Source: Octopus bimaculoides (lineage: Eukaryota). From it: a stretch of 64,000 bases of DNA. Both the position numbers and the translations under genes were made by a program. The stretch lies in the NCBI RefSeq assembly GCF_001194135.2, contig NC_068985.1, forward strand, positions 50,716,126 through 50,780,125. The letters are read 5' to 3'. A model generated the notes under the pieces. That model searched no databases. It saw only the letters and a list, made by a program, of their open reading frames with translations, and was not told where the DNA came from. This document shows, in pieces, positions 51,965 through 64,000 of the stretch. The number at the start of each line of letters is the position of its first letter. The first letter of the stretch is position 1.

Positions 51965-53321
51965 TGTGTGCATGCGTATATGTAATATAGAACTGGTCAG
52001 TACTGAAAGCAATGCCATCTTAATTCCCTATGGAGAAATAAACTAGAGACAGACTTATGTGTGCGGGTGTGTCTAAAAGTATTGACTCTTTTATCTTTTG
52101 CGACAAACATCTGGTTACACAAGAAAAAATGTGGTGCTGCAGTGTTGATGGGGCAATAAATGGCGTTGGGGATGAAGGATGAAAAAATTGATTGGTGTGG
52201 AATAGGTTGAAATGGAGTGGAAGTAAGGGGTAGCGTCAGTGAAGGAAAAGAAAGAGGCAGAGAGAGAGAGAGATCTATAGAGAGAGAGATCTATAGAGAG
52301 AGGTAACGCACATGCACACACACGTACATATATGAACAGAGATGAAAATTAACAGGTCATTTTATTCCCACAGTCAGTTTGCGAATTCAGCGAAAGGTAA
52401 GAAAAAACTTCCATCGTTGATACAAAGGCTTTTGCAGCTGAGAAGACTCACGGAATATTTTTTGTTTCTTTTTGAGCATATTTTCCGAAAATGTATACTG
52501 AAATCTTTTTGAAGAAATTGTTGAAAAAATTTGCTTGAACTGAAATCTCTTCGTGTTTGATCCAAAAATACATAAAATAAGTGATGCAAGAAAAAAAGTC
52601 CATCAATATTCAGAGGAATATTTAAAATTTGGATTTATACCCACTATCCGCAATAAACTGTCACCAAGTTATGGGCGAAAAACTCGGATCTTGTAAATTT
52701 TCCAAAGTCTTCTCCCCACTCCCTCGGAAAATATTTTCCCATAAATTTCTTTATAATCGTAATCTATGCCGGTTGAAAGGTATTTGTATAAAATTTCATT
52801 TAAAAAAAAAACATTTTCCTAAAAGTTATGAGGGAAAAACTCGGATCTTGTGAATTTTCCGGTCTTCTCGCCACCCACCCCCGTTGCTCTCCACGCATTT
52901 TTTTTTACATCCGTTGCACTATTTTTTTTTATTTTGTTTCCGGGTAATATTGTNNNNNNNNNNNNNNNNNNNNNNNNNNNNNNNNNNNNNNNNNNNNNNN
53001 NNNNNNNNNNNNNNNNNNNNNNNNNNNNNNNNNNNNNNNNNNNNNNNNNNNNNNNNNNNNNNNNNNNNNNNNNNNNNNNNNNNNNNNNNNNNNNNNNNNN
53101 NNNNNNNNNNNNNNNNNNNNNNNNNNNNNNNNNNNNNNNNNNNNNNNNNNNNNNNNNNNNNNNNNNNNNNNNNNNNNNNNNNNNNNNNNNNNNNNNNNNN
53201 NNNNNNNNNNNNNNNNNNNNNNNNNNNNNNNNNNNNNNNNNNNNNNNNNNNNNNNNNNNNNNNNNNNNNNNNNNNNNNNNNNNNNNNNNNNNNNNNNNNN
53301 NNNNNNNNTTTGAATGGAAGG

Positions 53322-53700
53322 AGCAAGTCGATTACATCAACCCCAGTACTTGACTGGCACTTATTTATCGACCCCGTAAAGACGAAAAGTAAAGGCGACT
53401 TCCACAGGAGGTTAAACTCAGAAAGTAAAGAGCTGGAAGAAATGCCATTTAGTGTTAAATCCGCTGTAATAATTATAAATGTTTCTAGGGCGGTGAAAGG
53501 GAAGGATCGATAGCACGCCGGCAAAAACGCTTAGCAGCAATTTCCTTCGTCTTTACGTTCTCAGTTCAAATTCCGCCGAGGTCGACTTTGCCTTTCGTCC
53601 TTTCAGGGTCGATAAAATAAGTACCACTTGAGCACTGGGGTTCGAAACAATCAAGTTACCCCTTGCTCCGAACTTACTAGCCTTAAGCCAAAATTTGAAT
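53322..53700. mobile_element. Two degraded SINE family A copies, head-to-head
   Basis: About 53322-53467 is a minus copy and about 53495-53700 a plus copy with CAGTTCAAATTCCGCCGAGGTCGACTTTGCC. Confidence 0.75.
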
Positions 53701-53906
53701 CTAATAATTATAATTGTTTCTGACATAGGCTTGAAATTCGTGGATGTGGGTTAGTCGATTAAATTGATTCAGTGTATGACTAGTTCTTTATTTTATTGAC
53801 TCCTATAGTTTTTTGGGCTTTTTTAAGCTGTTAGTTAATTGTCAATCACCGTGTTCTTTGATATAGGCACCAAGCCACAAACTTTGACAACACTATATAA
53901 TGTAAA

Positions 53907-54218
53907 GGAGGCGCAATGGCCCAGTGGTTAGGGAAACATACTCGCGGTCGGAGAATCGCGGTTTCGATTCCCAGACCGGGCGTTGTGTGTGTTTATTGAG
54001 CGAAAACACCTAAAGCTCCACGAAGCTCCTGCCGGGGGTGGTGGCAAAAACCCTGTTGTACTCTTTCGCCCCAACTTTCTTTCACTCCTTCATCCTGTTT
54101 CTTGAGTAACGCTGCGATAGACTGGCGTCCCGTCAAGCTGGGGGGAACACATACCCCATAGAAACCGGGAAGCCGGGCCCATGAGCCTGGCTAGACTTTA
54201 AAAGGGCGCATAATAAAA
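53907..54218 (+). mobile_element. SINE with family B head and a different 3' tail
   Basis: Matches family B to about 54090, then continues GAGTAACGCTGCGATAGACTGGCGTCCCGTC...CCATGAGCCTGGCTAGACTTTAAAAGGGCGCAT instead of the family B tail. Confidence 0.8.
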
Positions 54219-54228
54219 ATGTAATGTA

Positions 54229-55068
54229 GAGGGTGTTCGGGTTAAAGTTGACGATTTTTATGTCTCCTTTTTTTTTTTTCAAGAACAGCTGGAGAGCATA
54301 AATATTAAAGCTGTCATGGAGGACTGGAAACCATCTGAATATTGAAAAATAGTTGCTATGATGATTCGCGTCGGATATCAAAATGCTGACATCATGACTG
54401 CCACTCAGTGCTCTGTGAACACGGTAAAGGCTCTAAGATGTGACAAGGACGGCTGCAACTGAGATTAAGAAGCCGTGTCCAGCAGAAAGGGACATAGCAG
54501 GCGTTCTGAGTCCGCACGCTGATATTCATTCTCACATCTGCGAATAGGGTCTTACGCTCAACTCAGACGGCTCTGTGAAGCTGCTGGAGACTGAGGTTTG
54601 TCTGGCTTGAAAGGGTCGCTGCTGGAAGGCTATGTGTAACAGCAGGATTCGGTGCCTTACCAAACCTCCGGAAAGAGTCAGAAATAGCTGTTGGAGAACT
54701 ACGGCTTTACCAGCCCCAATTTCTGGTTTCTTAATTCACTATGATTGTAACCCCAAGGAGTATTATAGGTGCGTTGCGGTTGAGAAAAACACCAACCGCT
54801 CTGTTTGCAACACCAAGACTGAGCTGGTGGCCAAGGCCAAGAAAGTGCTCAAAGATCTTCCCAAGAATACAGTGAAGAACGTATGCGCCGGATTCCGGAG
54901 TTTTTCTTGAGACCGTAGGGGAAGCTGAGGGCGATTACTTTGAGTAAACTGTTATCACCCAGCGATAATGTAGTTGATATTTTTTTTTTTTAAACACTTT
55001 TATTTTTGGAAGGGATATTGTTTTCTTTTCCTTTTATGCATACTGTCAAATTTAGCCCGAACACCTTG
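54229..55068 (+). mobile_element. Tc1/mariner-superfamily internal-deletion derivative
   Basis: TIRs (G/C)A(G/A)GGTGTTCGGG(T/C)TAAA(G/T)TTGAC at 54229 and 55068. C-terminal DCNPKEYY..AVEKNTNRSVCNTKTELVAK..AEGDYFE* resembles the SPDLNPLDY region. Confidence 0.8.
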
Positions 55069-55115
55069 GATAATAATGACTTCAGCACTTGACTGCTACT
55101 TATTGCATTAACCCC

Positions 55116-55131
55116 GGTGGTGGTGGTGGTG

Positions 55132-55174
<43 letters not shown>

Positions 55175-55240
55175 AAGTAGCAGCAGCAGCAGCAGCAGCA
55201 ATAACAACAGCAGCAGTAACAAAATCAATAGCAGCAGCGC
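55116..55240. repeat. Compound trinucleotide array (GGT)n(AGT)n(AGC)n(AAC)n
   Basis: Consecutive units differ by single-base steps. Confidence 0.9.
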
Positions 55241-56081
55241 CAGCGAAATCAGCCAGTTGTTACATTTGATCGTCGTTATCTTAAACGTCAGCAATGTTTA
55301 TCAAAATACTAAGGGAAGCCATTATAGAGCCGGCCTATTGTTCCTCCTTCTCTCCCAACTCCAGTTTCACGCTTTCATTTCATTTATTTATTTGTTTATT
55401 TATTTATTTATCTATTTATTTATATTCTTGTTTTATTTTTAAAAAAAACAGTTCTGAATAGAACATATCAAGGCAAGGGAAAGCTTGTTATTGTTTTCTT
55501 CAAACGTTTCTGTTTGTTTCGATTTGTTTGTTTGTTTGTTTATAGAGGAACACGCGCGTACGCACATACACAATATTGGAGTGAGCTCTTATTCTACCCA
55601 TGTTACACCCGGAAGTTCTGTCCTGTTAGATAACGAAAGACTAACACCACCATTTTGTTGGCACACTCCAAAACTTTATTGTGGATATTAGCGGAGTGAG
55701 ACCTAAAGAATCGAGCTGCAACGTGACAGGGAATGCTTTCATGGTTGTGACATAAACAAGGCAGGGTAAGGGTTGTCATTTGCTCTTGGACGTAATGAGC
55801 ATTTTGTATGTAGGTATTCAATGTATGTTTGTGCTACGCTTATGTGTGTGAAGAGGAGGAGGAGGAAAATGTATGTATGGGTGTGTATCAGTTCGCGCGT
55901 GTTTATGCGATATTTCGTACAGAAACTTTTAATATATGTTTATGCTACAGTCATGTGAGTCAGTGCATGTGTGTGTAAGAATGAGAGCGAATAAAGTGTG
56001 TATAGCACTACGTCATTTTATGTGTCTATGTAAATATCTACTTGAGCTGCATACATAGACAGAAGTAGTTGTGTCTGTGTA

Positions 56082-56971
56082 CAAGGTCTGATCAATAAGT
56101 ATCCGGACTGTTGCCATAGTAACTAAGCTTAAGCACGCAGAGTGAAACCGCTGAGCATTGATTGACCTTGAACTCTGTTGTGCATGCCCACTAAGTTTTA
56201 ACGTTCTAGCTCACTTCCGTTGTTTGCAGTAACGCTTGGAAGGAAGGTGTGTAGTGTGTGATCGTCACATTGACCATGACAGAGGAAGTTGTCATGGCGA
56301 TATCTGCTCAGAGGTCTGCGCAAAGTTGCAGAAAGTGTATGGAGAGGAGTGTATCAGCCACACACATGTGTATGAGTGGTTCAGATGTTTCCAAGATGGC
56401 CGAAAAAGTGTCGATATTGACGAAGTTCTGGGAGCCCTGCAACCAGGAGAAGTGAGAAAAACATCACAGATGTGCATGCAGCTGGGAGAGGAAATCATTG
56501 AATCACCACCTGTGAGTTATCAGAGGATATGCAGATTAGTTACAGTTCAGTTTAGTCCATTATCATTGAAGATTTGGGCATGAGATGCGTGTCTGCCAAG
56601 TTTGTATCAAAATCCATTTCAGCTGACCAAAAAGACACTCGGGTTTCAGTTGCACAACACCTTGATTGTGTCGAGAACGATGAAATTTTTTTTGAAAACT
56701 TTGCGTAGACCTCTGAGCAAGTGTCGCCAAGCTTTTGGCAAAATTTGATGCAGATTCTCTGCTCAACTTTCTCTGTCATGGTCAATGCAACGATCACACG
56801 CTACGCACCTCATTCCAAGCACCGCTGTAAACAGCGGAAGTGAGCTAGAACGTTAAAACTTAGTGCGCATGCCCAGCAGAATTCAAGGTCAATCTGTGCT
56901 CGCGGCTTCACTCTGTTTGCCTTAGCATCGTTACTATGGCAATAGTTCGGATACTTATTGATCAGACCACG
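56082..56971. mobile_element. Foldback mariner derivative with two 5' ends and TA TSD
   Basis: TA at 56080-56081 and 56972-56973; TIR GGTCTGATCAATAAGTATCCG. About 250 bp of each end is inverted and both arms enter the transposase start (MTEKVEQRICIKFCQKLG on the minus strand). Confidence 0.85.
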
Positions 56972-57142
56972 TATATGTGCTAATGCTTGTGCATAAGGCA
57001 AGTATGTTTTATGTTTGTATGTAATTTTTGTTGTGTGACACCTCTGTCGACGTAAGAACAACTGTGTGCACAACAGCTGATCCAGATATACCATTTTACT
57101 GCTTTCAATATGATATATCCACTATTAATATACCACTATTGA

Positions 57143-57479
57143 AGGCGCGTGGCTTAGTGGTTAGGGCATTCGGCTCACGATCGTAAGGTCGTGAGTTCAA
57201 TTCCCGGCGACGCGTTGTGTCCTTGAGCAAGACACTTTATTTCACGTTGCTCCAGTTCACTCTGCTGGCAAAAATAAGTAGTACCTGTATTTCGAAGGGC
57301 CAGCCTTGTCACACTCTGTGTCACGCTGGGTCTCCCTGAGAACTACGTTAGGGGTACACGTGTCTGCGGATTGCTCAGTCACTTGCACGTTAATTTCACG
57401 AGCAAGCTGTTCCGTTGATCGTATCAGCTGGGACCCTCGTCGTCGTAACCGACGGAGTGCTCCTTTTTTTTTTTTTTTT
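57143..57479 (+). mobile_element. SINE with a different tRNA head and the family B 3' tail; 16-bp TSD
   Basis: Head GGCGCGTGGCTTAGTGGTTAGG..GAGTTCAATTCCC..GTGTCCTTGAGCAAGACACTT; the last ~170 bp match family B; poly(T) end; TSD AATATACCACTATTGA at 57127-57142 and 57480-57495. Confidence 0.9.
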
Positions 57480-57947
57480 AATATACCACTATTGATCAGC
57501 AGATCAATTGATCATAAACCATACGACCATCTGTATCCCCTGAAATGCAATAGTTGTTAGTTAACTACGTGACGACATGATCGACCAGATCATACAATTT
57601 TCTTTCTTTTTCTTTTTAGAATAGTGTATTCTGGCCTACATTATTCAGTGTATTCTTTTTAAGATGGCATGGTGTGATTCAAAGATTTTGCAGTTTCTTT
57701 TAGCATGTCATGCAATCACATACAGGCTCCTTCATTTGCTCGTACACAAGTGTCGTTATTCTGTTGTGCTGATTAAATGTGTTATCAATAACTTGGCTAA
57801 CAGTGTTGTATGTTGTCTTGCTTTCTTTTTTTGAACTTGGCTTTCGCTTGATATGAATATTGGGAGTGTTGAACGTAATTTGTGTATCTTACATTTTCGT
57901 CTCTTGCATATATTACGTGCGTGTGTGGTGCGCGTGCGTGTGTATGC

Positions 57948-57985
<38 letters not shown>

Positions 57986-58528
57986 ACGCGCACGTATGTG
58001 TTTGATTTGTTTATGATGTGAAGTTTATTGGTTTATTGAATTCCAACGGTTGATAAGCAATGAGATATGACCTTTCCTTATTTAAGATACTGCAATGTGA
58101 TTCGAGGAAGATTTGGTCTCTTTTGGAGTTATTTCTTAAGATAGTGTTTAACATTTTATTTATAAGTGGTTTTTAGAGAGCAGCATCAAAAGTTTTGTTT
58201 GTGTCATTGATAAGATGAAGCATATATAGATCTTTCTGTTATTGAAGAAAGACTAAACATTATGCAAGCACGTCACAGTTACTGTGTCTTCCAAAGCTTA
58301 ACTTTACCTCACACCTCATAATTATTTCTAATTTAAATGTATTGTGACTCCGATATAGTTAACACATAGCGACATCTTTGAGATTCGAAGTTACTAACTC
58401 TTCCTATCTTAGGCAGTTTTAAGCAGTAATCCCATGATTAGATCTACCCAATTCATGTAGAGTCTTGGCTCATTGCATTTAGTGCGCTAGTACTTATTTC
58501 ATTTTTCTCTTAAAATAATGATGACGTA

Positions 58529-58614
58529 AGGCGGCGAGCTGGCAAAACGTTAGCACGCCGGGCGAAATGCTTAGTGGTATTTCGTCTGTCTTTACGTTCT
58601 GAGTTCAAATTCCA
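58529..58614 (+). mobile_element. SINE family A, head only
   Basis: GGCGGCGAGCTGGCAAAACGTTAGCACGCCGGGCG...GAGTTCAAATTCC, then unrelated sequence. Confidence 0.85.
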
Positions 58615-60341
58615 CCTCTGCTGTCAAAACTGGGATCATTATGAGCTTACTAGTTGACTTGCTTTGCCTAGTCTCTTGTGCTCAGCCCATACAAGTTCAT
58701 CTATAAGCAAACTGGAATATTTCACAAGTTTCTGTTGCGTTTTTGCCCAGTTAAACACATAGATTAACACATGCATAGCGAACTTCCAAATTGTCTTCAC
58801 GTCCTGACTGCATTCTGCAAAGTAGTCAGCTATTAAAAGTAGTCTTTAGTAGTATTCAAAGTGCTCTTACAGCTGTCTTCTTCAATCTGGAATAAGTTGG
58901 TAGGTCAGCTTATTAGTTGTATAGTAATGATATATTAAAATTACAATAATATAGGATAGTTATAACTGTCTCTCCTAAATAGATCCCAAAACTTCTGGAA
59001 TGCACCCCGTCACCTAAGAATATATATGATATTGTGCCTGATCTAAAGAAACTAATATTATCCACGTGAAATGATAAAGATTATAACATACCATTTCTAC
59101 TCCTTTGTGAATCTGTATGATTTTGCTTTCGCAAAATATTTCTTTCGACTAAGCACATTTTAGTGGTGTCGGGGAAGAGAAATGGAAAGTTGTGAGTTAA
59201 GATGTTCATTCATAAAAAAATCGTGCCGGGGGTTTAGACATGAAGTGCTTCGAAAGTAATATCGCCATTTTTGTCGTACCTACTCGGCCTTCAAAAAAGA
59301 AAAAAGGGAAAGAACAAAGAAATTTTCGTCTTAATATTTCATATTTGAATTAGCTTTGCAGCTTCGGTAATTTTATTCCATTTCGAGGTCATGATTAAAT
59401 TAGATCTGATACGAAATCAGAATAAGTGCCTCTCGCCAAGCCTGACCGGAAATGCAGTAGTCATTAACGAATGCAAAAGTGTGATTTATTTATTCACATA
59501 TTTATTTGTTTCTTTCTTTCTTTATGTATTTATCAGCATCAGCATCATTATTTTTATTGTTGTTGTTAAGGTCGACTGTGCCTATCATCCTTCCAGAATC
59601 GATAAAATAAGTATCAGTGAAGTCTTGGAGTCGATGTACTCGACTAGTCCTCTCCCCTCAAAATTCAGATTTGGCAGAAAGAATTATTAGAAGTGGACTA
59701 AGAGGTAAAACAATTACGAATCATAATTATCCCTTCACACGAATGAGAAAAATTAATATTGAAGGAACAGCTTTAAGGATTTTGAGAAACATATTATAAA
59801 TAAAAGAGGTCCATGTCTTAAAATATCAAATAATTGTTACACAACTGTGTAGAACCTGCTGTCTAGTTAAATAGGAAAAAAAAAACATTCTAAATATGCT
59901 AAAATATTTCATTTAAATGATGTGCGTGGGTGGGGGGTTCTTCTAGGAGAATTTGCAAAAGATACTTCTTGCTACAAAACTCAGAATCGAAGACAATTTG
60001 GAACGGAAAACAGAATTTCTGTACGTAGTAGCTGAATATCAAATACATATCACAAAATCATCGATTACACCCAAATAAATCGCTAGTCCGTGTTAGCATA
60101 ATGTAGTGACTCAAACTTTCTAATTACGTCTGTAATGAGGAGAAAAACTTACACTGGATATGTCAGCACCAACTTAGCTACTTCCTTTTTATGCCGAAGG
60201 CGTCGCTAGAAAATTTGTCCCATTCATTCTTTTCTAATAAATTCATTTTGTAGAAATGGAAAAAATCTAGTAGAATTATAAACGCTGCTCAAACAGTATA
60301 TACTCCAATCTCCGATGCTGTTGTTGCTATCGTTGTTGTTG

Positions 60342-60373
<32 letters not shown>

Positions 60374-60785
60374 GGTTTCGGTATTGCTGTTGTTTAGTCG
60401 CACTACTCTGAACACACATGCACGTATATACATACGAGCGTGAATAATGTAGGAATATTTTGTAATCTCTACGCTTCTATATTTCAACTTTTCCCTCTCC
60501 TTCTAAAGTTGTTTACAATAAAAACCTTAGCAACAACAACAACAACAACAACGTGAAAGTGATTCTTTATGGTTGTTTGACTTGCTCGAAATAGCAGACA
60601 AATTTTCGCAAATCATTCTCACAACCTTATTATAGGACATATTGGATCATTTAGTTCTAGATTTACAAAAAAGACGAGTGATCACGACCGTTGGTCGTAC
60701 CTGGGAGCAATAACATGAGACACTAGAAGAGAAATAAATTAACTCGTAGCCCTATAACATGAATAAATAATATTTTAGCACTTAA

Positions 60786-61190
60786 GGCGGCGTGCTGGCA
60801 GAGACGTTAGCACGCCGGGCGAAATGCTTAACGGTATTTCGTCTGCCGTTACGTTCTGAGTTCAAATTCCGCCGAGGTCGACTTTGCCTTTCATCCTTTC
60901 GGGGCCGATCAAATAAGTACCAGTTACGCAGTGGGGTGGATATAATCGACTTAATCCGTTTGTCTGTCTTTGTTTGTCTCCTCTGTGTGTATCCCCTTGT
61001 GGGCAGTAAAGAAATGTTAGCACGCCGGGCGAAATGCTTCGCGGTATTTCGTCAGTCTTTGCGTTCTGAGTTCAAATTCCGACGAGGTTGACTTTGCTTT
61101 TTCAGGATCGATAAATTAAGTATCAGTTGCGTACTGGATCGATGTAATCGACTGGCCCCTGCCACAAAAATTTTCTGCCTAGAGTAGAAA
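60786..61190 (+). mobile_element. SINE family A tandem dimer
   Basis: Full copy 60786-~61015 followed directly by a second copy restarting at GTTAGCACGCCGGGCGAAATGC. Confidence 0.85.
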
Positions 61191-62729
61191 AGAATATTTT
61201 ACCACTTATTCTCCTTCATCTCCTCCTCCTTCTCCAGCTGCTCCTCCTGATCGCCCTCATCATCATCACCTTCGCTTAGTTTTAATTTTCAACAACACAC
61301 AAAAATCTTTAATCATTAGTGTGATGTAGATGTCACACTCTGAAAGATGAAAATAAAAGTTATTTCTATCAATACTGAAGACTTCAGATGGTATAAACTA
61401 ATTTAAAAAAAAAAAAAACAGTAGCCAAAACGCCACCTTAAATTTGAACAATGTACTCTTAAATGCACAAAATAAAATGAGAATGATCATGACTGGAGTA
61501 CCTTTAAGCAATTACAGGTCTGCCTGATCATAGCTGACTTGAGGATAAACAACACCTTTAGACAGAAACTTCTTTTCTGAAAGTATTGCTGAGACAAAGA
61601 AATGCAGAAATTACTCGTGTACGTTAACCTGTTCTGCTTGGAATAAAAATTTAGTTTACTTTTCTACTGAAGGGGAGACATCTTTTTTCTATTCCTAATT
61701 TTCTAATCTAAGTTCTGAGCCTAAGGAGTTGAGTTTTGAGTTGAATTATTTCTGAAATTCTTTATGGATAACACTGTGGTAGCCAGATGTGGCCATATCA
61801 TTTGTTTCTTTGCCGAATGCTTTATAATTAGATCTATGGTTTGGTCAATTTAGATACTGAGGTCTTATAATATACCGTATAAGTTCACTCTTTTAATGCA
61901 CAAAACCTCTTTTTCCTAAATATATGCTGCTAAAATTGGGTGCGTCTAAAATACCTGTGCGCTTTTTATATCATCAAATTTGTTGGGGTTTTCTCCCAGA
62001 ACCTTTCCAACGACAAGTTGTTTCATTTTAAACTTCATACTTTTGTCTTATCTTATCCATTAAAGATTGGAGCAAACCAGTGCGTTGTCGATTGATTTTT
62101 ATTAAATAGCAGCCAGATCTCATTCACACTACGCTCTACCTTCTTAAAAAGTGGGTTATACATTAAACAGCGTTAAAAGAAATAGTGTCTGAAAATACAG
62201 TGCGTCGAACAAAACTACGTAACAGTGTTCTGTTCCGTTCGGCTACATTTCTTTTATTCAAAGAAGGGAAGATAACCGCAAGAATCAAGGATTCTCATTT
62301 TCGCTTCCTTCGTTCAGAGTATCCAGACCATAATATGTTCCTCCCTTTTTCTCTATGTATGTATCACGTTCTGCAAGAGACAAAGTAGGGCAAACACTGT
62401 GTTGAGGACGTCTATTGAAGAAGAAACATGTGACACAGCTCACCTCTTCTCTGCAAACAATCAGACTTTCTTTCTTTTAATATAAATTTTGGAGAATTCT
62501 TGATTCTTGAGATTATTTCCCCCTCTAATTTGATTGCCATCAAGCAATTGTTCTACCTTTTCTGGCAGCGGAGACAATTTCAGAGAATCATGAATTTTTA
62601 TCGTCTATGGTATTCTATTTGTCTTAGTGGTTCAAATATATTTCTCGTGTATGTATGTATGTATGTATGTATGTATGTATGTATGTATGTATGGGCGAGT
62701 AGAGTGCGCCGAATGTGTATGTATGTTTG

Positions 62730-62925
62730 TGAGTGAATGAGTGAGTGAGTGAGTGAGTGAGTGAGTGAGTGAGTGAGTGAGTGAGTGAGTGAGTGAATGA
62801 GTGAGTGAGTGAGTGAGTGAGTGACTGAATGACTGAGTGAGTGAGTGAGTGAGTGAGTGAGTGAGTGACTGAATGAGTGAGTGAGTGAGTGACTGAATGA
62901 CTGAGTGAGTGAGTGAGTGAGTGAG
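62730..62925. repeat. (GAGT)n tetranucleotide array with GAAT and GACT variants
   Basis: About 195 bp; source of the spurious (SLTH)n ORFs. Confidence 0.95.
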
Positions 62926-63344
62926 CGGGGTTTGCTATGACAGTATGCATATATATCTTTGTGTAGAGACATCCCAATTTTGTGGAGAAATAAATAACTT
63001 CAGATAGGTATAAATCTATACTATAGCTGCATACACATATGCATGTATAGTATAGATGAATATTGATGATATATAGTATAGGTTCATATTGATGGTATAT
63101 AGTATAGGTCCATGTTGATAGTATATATCTTAAGTTCATAAGTTTATGTCAGCCATCGCGGCCAACACCACACTGAAACACATAGAAACGTGCGCGTGCA
63201 CATTCACACACACACAAACACAAACAAGTACACACGCGCGCATCCTTAAAGAAAGAAAACAGAGTAATCTCTAAACTTTGGGAAAGTTTTCATATAGTGT
63301 GTATTTTGTGCGAAAGCGCTTTCGTTGAAAAGTTGGTCGAAAGC

Positions 63345-63637
63345 GCTTACTCTTTTACTTGTTTCAGTCATTTGACTGCGGCCATGCTGGAGCACCACCT
63401 TTAGTCGAGCAAATCGACCCCAGGACATATTCTTTGTAAGCCTAGTATCTATTCTATCGGTCTCTTTTTGCCGAACCGCTAAGTTACGGGGACCTAAACA
63501 CACCAGCATCGGTTACACACACATACATATATACGACGGGCTTCTTTCAGTTTACGTCTACCAAATCCACTCACAAGGCTTTGGTCGGCTCGAGGCTATA
63601 GTAGAAGACACTCGCCCAAGATGCCACGCAGTGGGAC
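63345..63637 (-). mobile_element. SINE family C, 5'-truncated
   Basis: Collinear with 30590-30960; another + strand family C piece (GAAAAGAAGCCCGTCGTATATA) follows the gap at 63898. Confidence 0.85.
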
Positions 63638-63923
63638 AAAATACACACTATGCAAAATTTTCTCCANNNNNNNNNNNNNNNNNNNNNNNNNNNNNNNNNN
63701 NNNNNNNNNNNNNNNNNNNNNNNNNNNNNNNNNNNNNNNNNNNNNNNNNNNNNNNNNNNNNNNNNNNNNNNNNNNNNNNNNNNNNNNNNNNNNNNNNNNN
63801 NNNNNNNNNNNNNNNNNNNNNNNNNNNNNNNNNNNNNNNNNNNNNNNNNNNNNNNNNNNNNNNNNNNNNNNNNNNNNNNNNNNNNNNNNNNNNNNNNACA
63901 GAAAAGAAGCCCGTCGTATATAT

Positions 63924-63956
<33 letters not shown>

Positions 63957-63957
63957 A

Positions 63958-64000
<43 letters not shown>

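Noticed and set aside
55089-55442. Poly-G/S/N ORF; likewise poly-L ORFs at 49711 and 13620 and (SLTH)n ORFs at 62598-63139
   Set aside because: Products of simple repeats with no flanking coding signal.

Overview
Eukaryotic, AT-rich, repeat-dominated genomic window with several N gaps. The SINE families, dense microsatellites and overall composition suggest a coleoid cephalopod (Octopus-like) draft assembly; this is inference, not verified. All family names come from motif recognition by eye, with no database search, and most element boundaries are approximate. Only one convincing host coding region is present: an uninterrupted coiled-coil ORF on the minus strand (18436-20130, likely start 20025, about 529 aa) with a splice acceptor just upstream and an AATAAA downstream; I do not recognise its family. 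The rest is mostly decayed mobile DNA: Penelope-like, Tx1/L1-type ORF1 and ORF2 pieces, Ty3/Gypsy, R4/Dong-type, RTE, Helitron, pogo with a PHD finger, mariner/Tc1, a probable Chapaev-like element, a MITE and at least three tRNA-derived SINE families. Best leads: the orphan coiled-coil gene, a pre-miRNA-like hairpin at 31968-32036, two homologous CCHC ORF1 remnants with no ORF2, a decayed minimal hammerhead in the Penelope tail, a possible discoidin-like exon or pseudo-exon, a mariner derivative with two 5' ends, and SINEs built from swapped head and tail modules. No prokaryote-type system (CRISPR, operon) is present.
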